A DNA stretch of 64,000 nt from Candidatus Daviesbacteria bacterium RIFCSPLOWO2_01_FULL_39_23 (GCA_001776935.1 MFDN01000015.1:102578-166577); one strand, 5' to 3'; shown: positions 48,624 to 58,541, numbered from the stretch's first letter. Made by a program: numbers and translations. Notes: generated by a model not told the origin, from the letters alone.

Positions 48624-49254
48624 TTAAATAAATTACTGCTAAGAAATGGCAAAAGCTCCCGGCGATTGTAAATAAATGCCAAACCCCATGACTGAAAGGT
48701 AATTTTTGCCATAAGTAAAAAATAGTCCCCGCACTATAAAGAAGTCCCCCGGTAATAAGCAACTGTAATCCAATTAAAGGGAAATCCGGTAGCAATGATC
48801 CACTGGTAACAACTGCCAGCCATCCCATTGCAAGATAAACAAATAAGAAAACCTTTCTTTTGCCTGCGGGGCGGATAGCTTTAAGAATAATTCCAGTAAT
48901 AGCCAATCCCCAAATAAATAGTAGTAATGTCCAGCCTGTCTTGGGAGGCATGGCAAGCAAGGCAAAAGGAGTATAAGTTCCGGCAATAAGCAGAAAAATA
49001 GAGGTATGATCCAAAATTTGGAATACTTTTTTTGCACCGGTAAAAGATAAACTATGGAAAAGGGTTGAAAAAAGGAAAGAGATAATCAAAGCTCCTTCAA
49101 ACGCAATAATAGCTGGAATATTTTCAGCTTTGTGGTTTTTAAACGCCAAAGACAAAAGTATCACAAGTCCACTTAATCCAAGTAATACTCCTATACCATG
49201 GGTTACGCTGCTAAATATTTCTTCTCCGATTATTAAACCTTTACTCTTTTTCAT
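48616..49254 (-). CDS. hemolysin III / PAQR family 7-TM protein
   Basis: Seven hydrophobic helices, HxxxH and SVTHGIG-type motifs, and a C-terminal HLFTIAGSFCHFLAV. Confidence 0.8.
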   Translation of the reverse strand: MKKSKGLIIGEEIFSSVTHGIGVLLGLSGLVILLSLAFKNHKAENIPAIIAFEGALIISFLFSTLFHSLSFTGAKKVFQILDHTSIFLLIAGTYTPFALLAMPPKTGWTLLLFIWGLAITGIILKAIRPAGKRKVFLFVYLAMGWLAVVTSGSLLPDFPLIGLQLLITGGLLYSAGTIFYLWQKLPFSHGVWHLFTIAGSFCHFLAVIYLIT

Positions 49255-49309
49255 ATACACATTATCGCATAGCCTTGTTAAAGTATTTATCAAGATGTAA
49301 GATTTCTTT

Positions 49310-50266
49310 ATGAGAAAAGAGCTGGAGGCTTTTAAAATAAAAATAGGTAATAGAATTTTGGATTATAGATTAGGTCAAAAATTAGATTTAAATAAAATAA
49401 TTAGCTTTTTTGAAAAAAAATATAAGGTTAAGAAAATCTGGTCAGGCGACCGGCATATATTAGGAATCTTAGAAAAATTTCAAAAAGAATATTTTTTAAA
49501 ATTATCAACAAGTGAAGGTATTAGTTTTTTCGGCAAAAGGGAATACAAGTGGAACGAAATTTTTAACAATAAGATTTCTCATAGCGAATTTCAAGTACCC
49601 CGTAATCTTGAAAGCGGATACTTTGAGAAGCTGTTTTATCAGATTACTGAAAAATTTGATGGTGAACTTTTATGCGATAGAGTCGCTTCCAAAGATCAGT
49701 CAAATCGGATAATTGATGATATTGAGAAGATAATAAGTTTATCAAGATTAATTGAGAGTATAAAAGTAGATAACTTAGAATATCCTGTTTCCAAGGTAGA
49801 AGATAACTTCAGGAATTATTTTATTGCAAAAACGAAAAGTTGGTATAAGAGTATTCCTTTGGAGATTGCTAAAAAATTTGACGTCTTAAGTTTGTTGGAG
49901 TTAGTTGAATCGGATAGCATTAAGCTTTCCAAAAAGCCACGTCATGGAGATTTTGCTCCCTGGCACATTTTTAGACTAAGCAATAATAAATTGGGGCTGA
50001 TAGACGGGGAGCACTTTTTATCTCAGGGAGTGGCGGGATATGATATTGGTTATTTTCTACAAAGGGTATTTAGTGTCCTTAAAAATTCGGATGTTTCTCA
50101 AATGATTTTAAATCATTTAATTAAATATGGTTATGATTTACAAAAATTAAAAGTGATTTTAGCTGCGCGGGCTATTGGCGGTTATCTTGACGAGTCGCTG
50201 GCTCCTTTGCCAAATTACGATTATGCTGTCAGGTTCCAAAATTGGATTATGCATTTGAAAGCATAG
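49310..50266 (+). CDS. phosphotransferase (APH/choline-kinase-like) family protein
   Basis: Brenner-like motif HGDFAPWHIF and LIDGEHF (catalytic D...D). Overall size is about 320 aa. Confidence 0.55.
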   Translation: MRKELEAFKIKIGNRILDYRLGQKLDLNKIISFFEKKYKVKKIWSGDRHILGILEKFQKEYFLKLSTSEGISFFGKREYKWNEIFNNKISHSEFQVPRNLESGYFEKLFYQITEKFDGELLCDRVASKDQSNRIIDDIEKIISLSRLIESIKVDNLEYPVSKVEDNFRNYFIAKTKSWYKSIPLEIAKKFDVLSLLELVESDSIKLSKKPRHGDFAPWHIFRLSNNKLGLIDGEHFLSQGVAGYDIGYFLQRVFSVLKNSDVSQMILNHLIKYGYDLQKLKVILAARAIGGYLDESLAPLPNYDYAVRFQNWIMHLKA

Positions 50267-50273
50267 TAAGGAT

Positions 50274-51491
50274 CTAGAAAGGATTTTTTGATAAATTAGT
50301 CAGAAAAAATAACTTAATCCATTCTTTGGAAATAGGTACTCCTGTTAGAAATGGAAAAATTAAAATAAAACTGATAATAAATAAAAGTAAAATTATAAAT
50401 GCTAATTTTCTTTTTTCCTTATCCTCAAGTAGCGCATTAAGCATGTGACCTAATACAAGACTTAAGAAGGGTACAGACGGGCTAAAATGGTACAGAAACA
50501 TAATTCGGGGAGATGCAGCCCATGGTAGCCAGAAAGCAAAAAATCCCAGTAAAATTATTGCTAAATTTACAGCTTTTTTTCTAATTGCCTCTAAAACAGT
50601 CAAAATTATCGCAATTCCACCTGCCCAAAAAACTGCCGGATTGCCTGAGGTGAAAATATTGGCCATGGTGTCTTTTTGGTAATCTACAAAATACCAGACT
50701 GGATATAAATTAAGGGGCCATGACCACCAGGGCGATGCATAGCCGTGTGTGGCTTTTAGTCCGGTATGATACCACCACATTTGCTGCTGCAGCTGGATAA
50801 ATTGATCAATAGTATGTCCCAGCAGAAAAAAAGGCAAATAACTAATCAGATAGATAATAGGTGGAATAAAAACAAAAAACAAAATCTTTAAGTATTGTTT
50901 ACTAAACAGTAATAAAGGTATAAAAATGAGGTAGGAATAAACAGCTGCCCATTTGCTGGATAAAGCCAGCCCTAAAACGATTGCAGAAAGCAAAAATCGT
51001 TTATTTAAAAAACAATAGATTGACCCCAGTAAAAAAGTGACAAAATAAATATCATTCATGCCGGTGCGGGATTGGACAAAATTAAGACCGTCTAAAGAAA
51101 ACACAAAAGCGGAAAGCAAGGAAGCAGTTTGATTTTTTAAAAGCTTTAACCCCAAAAGATAAATTAAATAGACTGATAAAACTCCAAGCAAGGCTCCCGG
51201 TAATCTGTATGCCCAGGCATTTTCTGTTTTGAAAATAAACATGGAGACAGTCATTATTTCTTTAGCAAGAGGCGGGTGGGTCCATTCATAAGCTACTCCC
51301 GGGGGAGGTGTAGTCCACCATTCCCATGCTTCTTTTGAGCCTTTTAAATATTCTTTTGCAGTAAATGCATGATAAACCTCATCAAAAACATATTTGTTTG
51401 GGTAATCAAGTCGAAACAAACGTAAGAAGGCAGTTAAAAGTAAAATGATTATTAAGATATGTTTTGGTTTAAGTTTCGGAAGATATGGCAT
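50274..51491 (-). CDS. PMT/GT39-like (ArnT/PMT_2 family) membrane glycosyltransferase
   Basis: First-loop FDEVYHAFTAKEY (the DE motif of PMT/ArnT-type GT-C enzymes) and 10 or more TM helices. Confidence 0.65.
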   Translation of the reverse strand: MPYLPKLKPKHILIIILLLTAFLRLFRLDYPNKYVFDEVYHAFTAKEYLKGSKEAWEWWTTPPPGVAYEWTHPPLAKEIMTVSMFIFKTENAWAYRLPGALLGVLSVYLIYLLGLKLLKNQTASLLSAFVFSLDGLNFVQSRTGMNDIYFVTFLLGSIYCFLNKRFLLSAIVLGLALSSKWAAVYSYLIFIPLLLFSKQYLKILFFVFIPPIIYLISYLPFFLLGHTIDQFIQLQQQMWWYHTGLKATHGYASPWWSWPLNLYPVWYFVDYQKDTMANIFTSGNPAVFWAGGIAIILTVLEAIRKKAVNLAIILLGFFAFWLPWAASPRIMFLYHFSPSVPFLSLVLGHMLNALLEDKEKRKLAFIILLLFIISFILIFPFLTGVPISKEWIKLFFLTNLSKNPF

Positions 51492-52680
51492 AATTTTTTA
51501 TTATACTAATAACGATTAGGATAAAGAGAATCGTTGAAACTAACGATAACCCTTTGCTGTTGGTATCTAGAAAATTATATATGATTGGATTATAGAGCAC
51601 CTTAGGTAATTTAAAATAGAATTCGTTGTAATAAACATAGACATAATACAAGTTTAAGAAATGTAGTAAACTCAATATTCCGGTTAACACCAGTAACAAT
51701 TTAGATTTATATGTAACAGCCACAAGTATCAGAAAAACTAATCCAGGATAGAGATATCTTTCATGGACACGAGTTGGTAAAAAGAAAAACCCCAGTGTTG
51801 CAAGAGCTGCCAATACATAAACGGATAACTGTTTCTTAAGGTATAAATACCCGATTATTATCCAATAGCCTGCCAATAAGATATATCCCCAGCTTTGGTA
51901 GGATATGTCATTCCAAAGTGTGACATCGGGAATCCAAAAGCCTACTGCCCCCCAGAAATTATAAGCAAATAAAGAAGTAACAGTATATTGGCTTGCGGTA
52001 GTTATTATCAAATTAATAAGACCGATTAAGGAATAAGTAAAAAAAGGTAAAGAGAATATAAAGAGAATAATTAAAAAGGGCAGAACTATTTTAATTATAT
52101 TTCTGGTAGAAAAATTGGCTATACTAAATAAAAAATAGACAGGTATTATCGCGATTGTTTGCGGTTTTATTAACAGAGATATCCCAAGCAGTAAGGATGA
52201 AAGAATTAATTTTTTATTTTGAAGAAAATCAATCGTCAGAAAAAGAGAAAGAGCGAGGATGCTGTCAATTTGTCCCCAAATAGAACTATTAAATATTAAA
52301 GCCGGATTTAGAAAAATTAAAAAAGCTGCTAATTTTGCGTAAAACCCCGGTACAATTTGTTTTAATTTTAAATATATTAGTGCACCTAAAATTATTTCAG
52401 CAAAAATCGCGGGGAGTTTAAGTATTAAATAAAAAGTCGGATTATCTATTTGTAGCAAGTTTTTTACAAATACCAATAAACTTAGGATATACATATAACC
52501 AGGGGTATAATCGCTAAAAACCTGATTACTGTAAAACTTACTAAAACCCACTTCGTCAAGCCTTAGAGCCCAGGCAAACCAATCATCAGTATCTATTTTA
52601 AACCCGGGTACATTGGCTAATACCAGCCTGATAGTCAGCCCCCCTATCACCAGAAAAAAAAGGAAGCGATATTTTCTCAT
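51469..52680 (-). CDS. polytopic membrane protein, GT-C-like (DUF2029/mannosyltransferase-like)
   Basis: 11 or more TM helices. A first extracytoplasmic loop with D-rich DTDDWFAWALRL. Overlaps the upstream gene by 23 bp. Confidence 0.5.
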   Translation of the reverse strand: MRKYRFLFFLVIGGLTIRLVLANVPGFKIDTDDWFAWALRLDEVGFSKFYSNQVFSDYTPGYMYILSLLVFVKNLLQIDNPTFYLILKLPAIFAEIILGALIYLKLKQIVPGFYAKLAAFLIFLNPALIFNSSIWGQIDSILALSLFLTIDFLQNKKLILSSLLLGISLLIKPQTIAIIPVYFLFSIANFSTRNIIKIVLPFLIILFIFSLPFFTYSLIGLINLIITTASQYTVTSLFAYNFWGAVGFWIPDVTLWNDISYQSWGYILLAGYWIIIGYLYLKKQLSVYVLAALATLGFFFLPTRVHERYLYPGLVFLILVAVTYKSKLLLVLTGILSLLHFLNLYYVYVYYNEFYFKLPKVLYNPIIYNFLDTNSKGLSLVSTILFILIVISIIKNYAISSET

Positions 52681-54614
52681 CTTACTTTATAAATACTATA
52701 ATTTCCGCTGTCCAATATTATTGGATATTGATTTAAGAAAGCTCTATTAATATACATATCTTGCGGATCGCTAGATTCCACGACTATGTAATCGATACTA
52801 TTTTTTTCAATTAATGGTTTGGCATTATCAGCACCTGCAAATATCTCGTTGATATCTTTCTCCCGGTCTTGATAATTGATCCCATGTACCCAAAGAAGGC
52901 CCGGATAGCCCATCATTATGGATCTGCCAGCCAAATTACTGACAGGAGAATTATGTAGTTTATATGTTAGAAAAATACTGTCTCTTGGGGTAATTTCTTT
53001 AAGTTTTTCGCCTGTTTCTACTGCCTCTTTGGAAAAAAGAAGATATGTAACATTTATTTCCCTCCATATGGATAGTAAAGCTGATGAAATCATAGTGATT
53101 ATGATGAGTACTGTAGCAATTTTAAAAGACAAGTATTTGAATTTAAATAAATATGTAAAAAAAGAGGCTGCGCTAACAGAAAAAAACAGTCCTGCCCAGA
53201 AAAGAAATTTTACATTATCCCAATTATAAGGTGAAAATAGAGCAAGATTGATTATTACTAATAAAATTAAAGCATTAACTTGTAATATCTTTACCCATTT
53301 AGTGGCTAGCGGGAATATCAGAATAATTAAAGACAACGGGATAAAAAGATATGTATTTTTAAACCAAAACCATATTATGGATTCGTTCTCGCTTTTCATC
53401 CACCAAAGATGAGGTTTAAAAAAACTTTCCGATCCGCTGATATGATTTAAAAATACAGGAATATGGGGCAATGCAAATATTACTGTCAAAAACATTACAA
53501 AGATATAATTTCTCAGTTGGATTTTCCAGTATTGTCTGGCTAGGGTTAACAATCCTATAAGAGGAAGTGTGATTGCCATCGCCAATACTGTGTGGGTATG
53601 CATTAGAGGCATTAATGATATTAAAAGTGCAGCCAGGACTAAATCAAAAATACTGTGATGTCTGTCGGTATTTTTAAAAAATAGCAGTCGTAGAATAATA
53701 ATTCCTGCCGGAATTCCGAAAAGCAAAGACCTTTCAGGAATTATCATCCTGGAAAGAAAATTACCCCATTGGATATTTTGTTCAAACAGATGGGAATACT
53801 CTTTGAGCATGGTAGGGTTTAGTAAAGCCTGGATAATTGATGTTAGATTGAATGAATAATCGCTTAAGAAAAATATAAATCCTAATCCTCCGTTAAAAAA
53901 GTAAAGAAGCACAGCAAAGAAGCTTTTCAGCCCATCCCTTGTTAAATTATAAGTAAAGTCATAAATTAAACCGATTAGACTTAAGGAAAGCATAAGACCG
54001 GGTATGATAATCGACAGACGTAGCGACCAGCCTTCAAAAACTAAAATTGCTGAAAAAAAATTTATTAAATAAGGATATGCAAGTTGAGCATTTGCATAGA
54101 ATGGATTATCCGGAGGAAATTTGTAACCGTAAGCGATATGGGAAATTATACTTAAATGAAATGGCAGATCACCATATGTACTTTCACCTGTTTGTAAATT
54201 TCCTTTGACTGAAGGAATAATATGATGATTAAAAAGTGTAAAAAGTATCAGTCCGATTACGATTGTTAAAATAAATAATAATTTTTCTTTAAAAAGGTTT
54301 TGTAAACAAGGCAAGAAATTTAAATTAATTTTATATTTTAAAAAATAAAATATTTCAAATAATATAACTATAAAGTGGGCTATATAAATACCCGTGGGAA
54401 ATGAAAAGATGATGCTGCTAAAATAATTGATTGCAGTAAATAAAATAATTCCCAAAGAAACAATATAAGAAATTTCCGAAAATTTTGGTATGGTAATTGA
54501 CAACCTTTTTGTTACAATTACTCCCAATATTAAGCTTATAAAAAGGCTGAAAAACGGAAGGATAAATGACATTAATAAATAATACCAGATTAGTAGTAAT
54601 TTTAGGTCCGACAT
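52677..54614 (-). CDS. large polytopic membrane protein (645 aa) with a C-terminal soluble domain. Putative oligosaccharyl/glycosyl-transferase-like
   Basis: About 13 TM helices followed by a 130-aa C-terminal periplasmic-type domain. The 4-bp overlap with the downstream gene suggests an operon of three membrane proteins. Confidence 0.5.
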   Translation of the reverse strand: MSDLKLLLIWYYLLMSFILPFFSLFISLILGVIVTKRLSITIPKFSEISYIVSLGIILFTAINYFSSIIFSFPTGIYIAHFIVILFEIFYFLKYKINLNFLPCLQNLFKEKLLFILTIVIGLILFTLFNHHIIPSVKGNLQTGESTYGDLPFHLSIISHIAYGYKFPPDNPFYANAQLAYPYLINFFSAILVFEGWSLRLSIIIPGLMLSLSLIGLIYDFTYNLTRDGLKSFFAVLLYFFNGGLGFIFFLSDYSFNLTSIIQALLNPTMLKEYSHLFEQNIQWGNFLSRMIIPERSLLFGIPAGIIILRLLFFKNTDRHHSIFDLVLAALLISLMPLMHTHTVLAMAITLPLIGLLTLARQYWKIQLRNYIFVMFLTVIFALPHIPVFLNHISGSESFFKPHLWWMKSENESIIWFWFKNTYLFIPLSLIILIFPLATKWVKILQVNALILLVIINLALFSPYNWDNVKFLFWAGLFFSVSAASFFTYLFKFKYLSFKIATVLIIITMISSALLSIWREINVTYLLFSKEAVETGEKLKEITPRDSIFLTYKLHNSPVSNLAGRSIMMGYPGLLWVHGINYQDREKDINEIFAGADNAKPLIEKNSIDYIVVESSDPQDMYINRAFLNQYPIILDSGNYSIYKVR

Positions 54615-55570
54615 CGACAGGTAAAACAGATTTGGCCTTAAACCTTGCTAAAAAATTTAACGGAGAATTATTATCTTGCGACTCAAGGCAGGTTTATCGG
54701 GGGCTGGATATTGGGACTGGAAAATATCCAAATTTAAATATCAAATATCAAATATCAAATATCAAAAAGAGGAAAGCGCATTGGGAAATAGAGGGGGTTA
54801 AAATCTCGATGTATGATGTGGCTGATCCAAAAAAACAATATACGGTTTATGATTTCATAAAAGACGCAACCCCAATCATTGATGATATTTTAAAAAGAGG
54901 AAAACTTCCTATTATAGTAGGGGGTACTGGGTTGTACTTAAAAGCTTTACTTGAGGGTATTCCTAATTTGGGAATCCCGGTTTCGGAGAAATTAAGGATG
55001 CAGCTGCAAAAACTTTCTAAAGATGAGCTGCAGGGAAAATTACAACAAATAGCTCCTGATAGATGGGAGCGTATGAATTACTCGGACAGACAAAACCCCA
55101 GAAGGTTAATCAGGGCAATAGAGATTGTCATTCAGCTCACTGTAAACAAGCTCAGGACTCAGGATGACAAAGGTAGAAGTCAAAATGACACTTACGTTTT
55201 AAAAATCGGATTAACTGCACCGCGCGATATTTTATATCAAAGAATCGATAAGCGGGTTATCATCAGGGTTAATCAGGGGATGATTGATGAAGCACAGCAG
55301 TTACATAAGAGGGGCCTGAGTTTAAAAAGAATGAGACAATTGGGGCTTGAGTATGGAGTTTTAGCTGATTTTCTGGAGGGCAAAATTAAAAGTAAGGAGG
55401 AATTGATTAAAGTATTGCAGGGCAAAATTCATGGTTTTGCCAGAAGACAGCTTACTTGGTTTAAGAAAGAGAAAAATGTATCTTGGGTTGATACAGAAGG
55501 TAGAAATTATTTCCAAAAAGTAGAGAATTTGATTTGTAAATGGTATGATAATCCTATAAATGTCGCATAA
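54566..55570 (+). CDS. miaA: tRNA dimethylallyltransferase with a lineage-specific insert that contains a perfect 7-bp x4 tandem repeat
   Basis: P-loop GPTSTGKTDLA and SCDSRQVYRGLDIGTGK, with a conserved C-terminal half. An insert NLNIKYQISNIKKRKAHWEIEGVKIS is present. Confidence 0.9.
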   Translation: MTLINNTRLVVILGPTSTGKTDLALNLAKKFNGELLSCDSRQVYRGLDIGTGKYPNLNIKYQISNIKKRKAHWEIEGVKISMYDVADPKKQYTVYDFIKDATPIIDDILKRGKLPIIVGGTGLYLKALLEGIPNLGIPVSEKLRMQLQKLSKDELQGKLQQIAPDRWERMNYSDRQNPRRLIRAIEIVIQLTVNKLRTQDDKGRSQNDTYVLKIGLTAPRDILYQRIDKRVIIRVNQGMIDEAQQLHKRGLSLKRMRQLGLEYGVLADFLEGKIKSKEELIKVLQGKIHGFARRQLTWFKKEKNVSWVDTEGRNYFQKVENLICKWYDNPINVA

Positions 55571-56528
55571 AATTGATATTTCGCATAAAACAATAATTTT
55601 TGTTGCTTTATTCATCCTATCTTTATGGATAATATTTTTAATCCGTGATCTTTTGATAATTTTATTTATTGCGGTAATTTTTGTATCTGCTTTATCGCCT
55701 TTGGTAAAATTTTTTATTAAATTAAAACTTCCGAAAGTTTTAAGCATTGCTCTAACGTACATTATTATAATAGCAATAGTAACGGGTTTAATTGTAAGCA
55801 TAGTGCCGCCGCTTATTGAGCAAAGCAGTAAACTGGTGGTTGCATCTCCGGCACTTGTGGCTCAATTTTTTAATGTTACTAATCTTGACAGATCAATATT
55901 TTCCCAGGAATTAACAAATATTTCAAAAAATTTATTCTCAATTACCTTGTCTATATTCGATAACTTGGTTACAATAATATTTCTCCTGGTTTTAAGTTTT
56001 TATATGCTTTTAGAAAAAGAAAAGCTTGAAACCCGCTTAGCTTCATTATTTGGCAGCAAAGAAGAAAGAGTTAAGTTATTAATTGTGAAGATCGAAGAAA
56101 AACTAGGCGCATGGCTGCAGGGTCAGTTAATACTGAGTCTTGTAATAGGCATCCTTTCATACATCGGACTTACTCTTCTAAATATTCCCTATGCTTTGCC
56201 TCTTGCTATGATAGCCGGCATTATGGAGGTTATTCCGGTTATCGGACCGATAATTTCAGCATTGCCTGCAATTTTTCTGGCGCTGACAATATCCCCGTTT
56301 TTAAGTATTGCAGTTGCAGTTATGTATCTTGTGATTCAACAGCTGGAAAATAATTTGATTGTGCCTCAGGTAATGAAAAGAGCGGTTGGCTTAAACCCTT
56401 TGATAGTTATTCTGGCCATTGCTATAGGAAGCAGATTGCTGGGTATAGCAGGCGCTTTATTGGCAGTTCCGTTGGCAGTTGTGATACAAATAATTGCTGC
56501 TGAAATAATTGAGGAAAAAAAGATATAG
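55560..56528 (+). CDS. AI-2E family transporter (PerM/UPF0118)
   Basis: 8-TM topology. Central AGIMEVIPVIGPIISALPAIFLAL motif. Confidence 0.8.
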   Translation: MSHKIDISHKTIIFVALFILSLWIIFLIRDLLIILFIAVIFVSALSPLVKFFIKLKLPKVLSIALTYIIIIAIVTGLIVSIVPPLIEQSSKLVVASPALVAQFFNVTNLDRSIFSQELTNISKNLFSITLSIFDNLVTIIFLLVLSFYMLLEKEKLETRLASLFGSKEERVKLLIVKIEEKLGAWLQGQLILSLVIGILSYIGLTLLNIPYALPLAMIAGIMEVIPVIGPIISALPAIFLALTISPFLSIAVAVMYLVIQQLENNLIVPQVMKRAVGLNPLIVILAIAIGSRLLGIAGALLAVPLAVVIQIIAAEIIEEKKI

Positions 56529-56540
56529 TTGTATAATATA

Positions 56541-56838
56541 GGGGCCTGGGAAGAAGGATAATCGGTCCGCCTTTGGCGGACAGGAAAGTCCAGACAGCAA
56601 AAAGCAGGGTGATCTGCGTAAGCAGGTAGCCGTAAGGCCTAGTTAGAGTAACAGAAACGATCTGGGTGACGCCAGCTGAAACGACCAAGTGACTGGGTAT
56701 CCCGCCTTAAGGCGGGAGGACAATCCTCCCCGCTGCAATCCTAGAATCAACAGAGCCGCTTGCTCAATTGTTGTAATCAGGAGCATTAGATAAATGATTA
56801 TCTTGAAACAGAATCTGGCTTACTATCTTCCTAGGCAA
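56541..56838 (+). ncRNA. rnpB: RNase P RNA, bacterial type A, reduced in size (about 300 nt)
   Basis: P4 5' strand AGGAAAGUCCAGAC and P4 3' strand ACAGAAUCUGGCUUAC. P2 is GAUAAUC/GAUUAUC. P3 hairpin GUCCGCC-uuu-GGCGGAC. P1 is GCCUGGGAAGA/UCUUCCUAGGC. P5 region GCAGGGUG. A TATAAT lies at 56531-56536. Confidence 0.75.
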
Positions 56839-56870
56839 ATTTTTCTTCCCCTATAGTATACTAATTATAG

Positions 56871-58397
56871 ATGCTTGCAAAGATAATTTCAGGAGCTAAT
56901 ATAGGCCTTGATGCGGTTTCTATTACAGTGGAGGTTGATGTAAGCGGCCAATCTTTACCTTCTTTTACTATTGTGGGGTTAGGAGACAGGGCAGTTGAAG
57001 AGAGTAAAGAAAGAGTCCGGGCTGCATTCAGGAACACCGGCGTAGATTTTCCTTTGCATAGGATTGTTGTTAATTTGGCGCCGGCTGATTTACCAAAAGA
57101 AGGACCATCCTACGATCTGCCTATTGCTTTGGGTTTGCTCTTGGCATCGGGTCAAATAACTGCGGGAAAAACAGATTTGTCTAAAACTTTAATTGTAGGA
57201 GAATTATCATTGGATGGTTATCTTAGGAAAATCAATGGAGTATTGCCTTTGGCAATTCTAGCAAAAAATAGCGGCATAAATAAGATGATAGTTCCAAAAG
57301 AAAATGGGGCAGAAGCGGCAATTGTTGAGGGCTTAGAAGTAATGGCTCCTCAGGATCTGCGGCAGCTCGTGAGAGTTCTATTAGGACAGGAAGTTTTGGA
57401 ACCTGAGAAAAGGAATACTTCAAATTTAGAAGATAATATAAACTATGAATATGATTTTTCCCAAATTAAAGGACAGGAGCAGGCAAAACGCGCATTGGAA
57501 ATATCTGCTGCCGGCGGACACAATATCCTGCTTAAAGGTCCTCCCGGAGCAGGAAAAACTTTACTCGCCAGAGCTTTTCCGTCGATTTTACCACCTCTTG
57601 TTCTGGATGAGGCAATAGAAATAACTAAAATTTATTCAATAGCGGGCCTTATTCCGGATGGCAGATCGCTAATTACCAAGCGTCCGTTCAGGTCGCCGCA
57701 TCACAGTGCTTCATATGTGGGGTTATTGGGAGGAGGGGTTAATGTCAGGCCGGGAGAAATTTCGCTTGCTCATAGGGGAGTTCTATTTTTGGATGAGGTG
57801 GCAGAATTCCCACGCCAAAGCCTGGAAAGCTTGCGTCAGCCGCTTGAGGATCGAGTTATTACAATTTCAAGAGCGTCAGGATCTATTAATTTACCGTCAC
57901 GGTTTATTCTGTTTGCTGCTCAAAACCCTTGTCCCTGCGGATTTCTGGGAGATAAGAAGAGAAGTTGTTCTTGTATGCCCGGCCAGATTGCCAAATACAA
58001 AAGAAAGATTTCCGGACCATTTTTGGACAGGATAGATATTTATCTTGAGGTTCCTCCGGTGGAGGTAGATAAACTGGCATCGGATTTAAAAGTTGAAAGC
58101 TCCTTTGAAATCAGAAAAAGAGTAATTGAAGCAAGAAAGATTCAGGAAAAGAGATTCAAAAATAAAATTCTTACTAACGCTGAGATGAGAAACGAGGATA
58201 TTAAAGAGTGCTGTACTGTTACAAGCGAAGGTTTGGAGCTTTTAAAGATGGCTATTTCTTCCCTTAATCTTTCGGCCAGAGGTTATCACCGGGTCCTAAA
58301 ATTATCAAGGACTATTGCAGATTTATCCGCTTCCGAAAATATTCAGGCTGAACATATAGCAGAAAGCTTGCAGTACCGTGCAAGAGAAGAGAGCTGA
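56871..58397 (+). CDS. YifB/ComM family Mg-chelatase-like AAA+ ATPase
   Basis: N-terminal Lon-like domain (GLDAVSITVEVDVS), Walker A LLKGPPGAGKT and Walker B VLFLDE. The C-terminal domain is conserved. Confidence 0.9.
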   Translation: MLAKIISGANIGLDAVSITVEVDVSGQSLPSFTIVGLGDRAVEESKERVRAAFRNTGVDFPLHRIVVNLAPADLPKEGPSYDLPIALGLLLASGQITAGKTDLSKTLIVGELSLDGYLRKINGVLPLAILAKNSGINKMIVPKENGAEAAIVEGLEVMAPQDLRQLVRVLLGQEVLEPEKRNTSNLEDNINYEYDFSQIKGQEQAKRALEISAAGGHNILLKGPPGAGKTLLARAFPSILPPLVLDEAIEITKIYSIAGLIPDGRSLITKRPFRSPHHSASYVGLLGGGVNVRPGEISLAHRGVLFLDEVAEFPRQSLESLRQPLEDRVITISRASGSINLPSRFILFAAQNPCPCGFLGDKKRSCSCMPGQIAKYKRKISGPFLDRIDIYLEVPPVEVDKLASDLKVESSFEIRKRVIEARKIQEKRFKNKILTNAEMRNEDIKECCTVTSEGLELLKMAISSLNLSARGYHRVLKLSRTIADLSASENIQAEHIAESLQYRAREES

Positions 58398-58457
58398 CTA
58401 TAATAGACTTCCCCGGGATAACTATCATTTTAAGCTATCCGCTTTAACCTACAAAAA

Positions 58458-58506
58458 ATCCCACTTTCCCCAGCGAAGCTGGATTTTGCGGGATTTTTTG
58501 AAACGG
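58458..58506. terminator. bidirectional terminator between convergent genes (AAAAAATCCC...inner hairpin CCAGC-gaa-GCTGG...GGGATTTTTT)
   Basis: 10-bp outer stem flanked by an A-run on the left and a T-run on the right, so it can terminate both strands. Confidence 0.5.
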
Positions 58507-58541
58507 CGATCCATCGGCTTGTGCCTCAGGATACCAATTTT

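Noticed and set aside
56641-56700. Second ACAGAAACGATCTGGGTGACGCC string that resembles an RNase P P4 3' strand
   Set aside because: It is in the wrong order relative to P2. The true P4 3' strand with GGCUUAC is at 56806-56822. The earlier string lies in the P5-P10 region of the same RNA.
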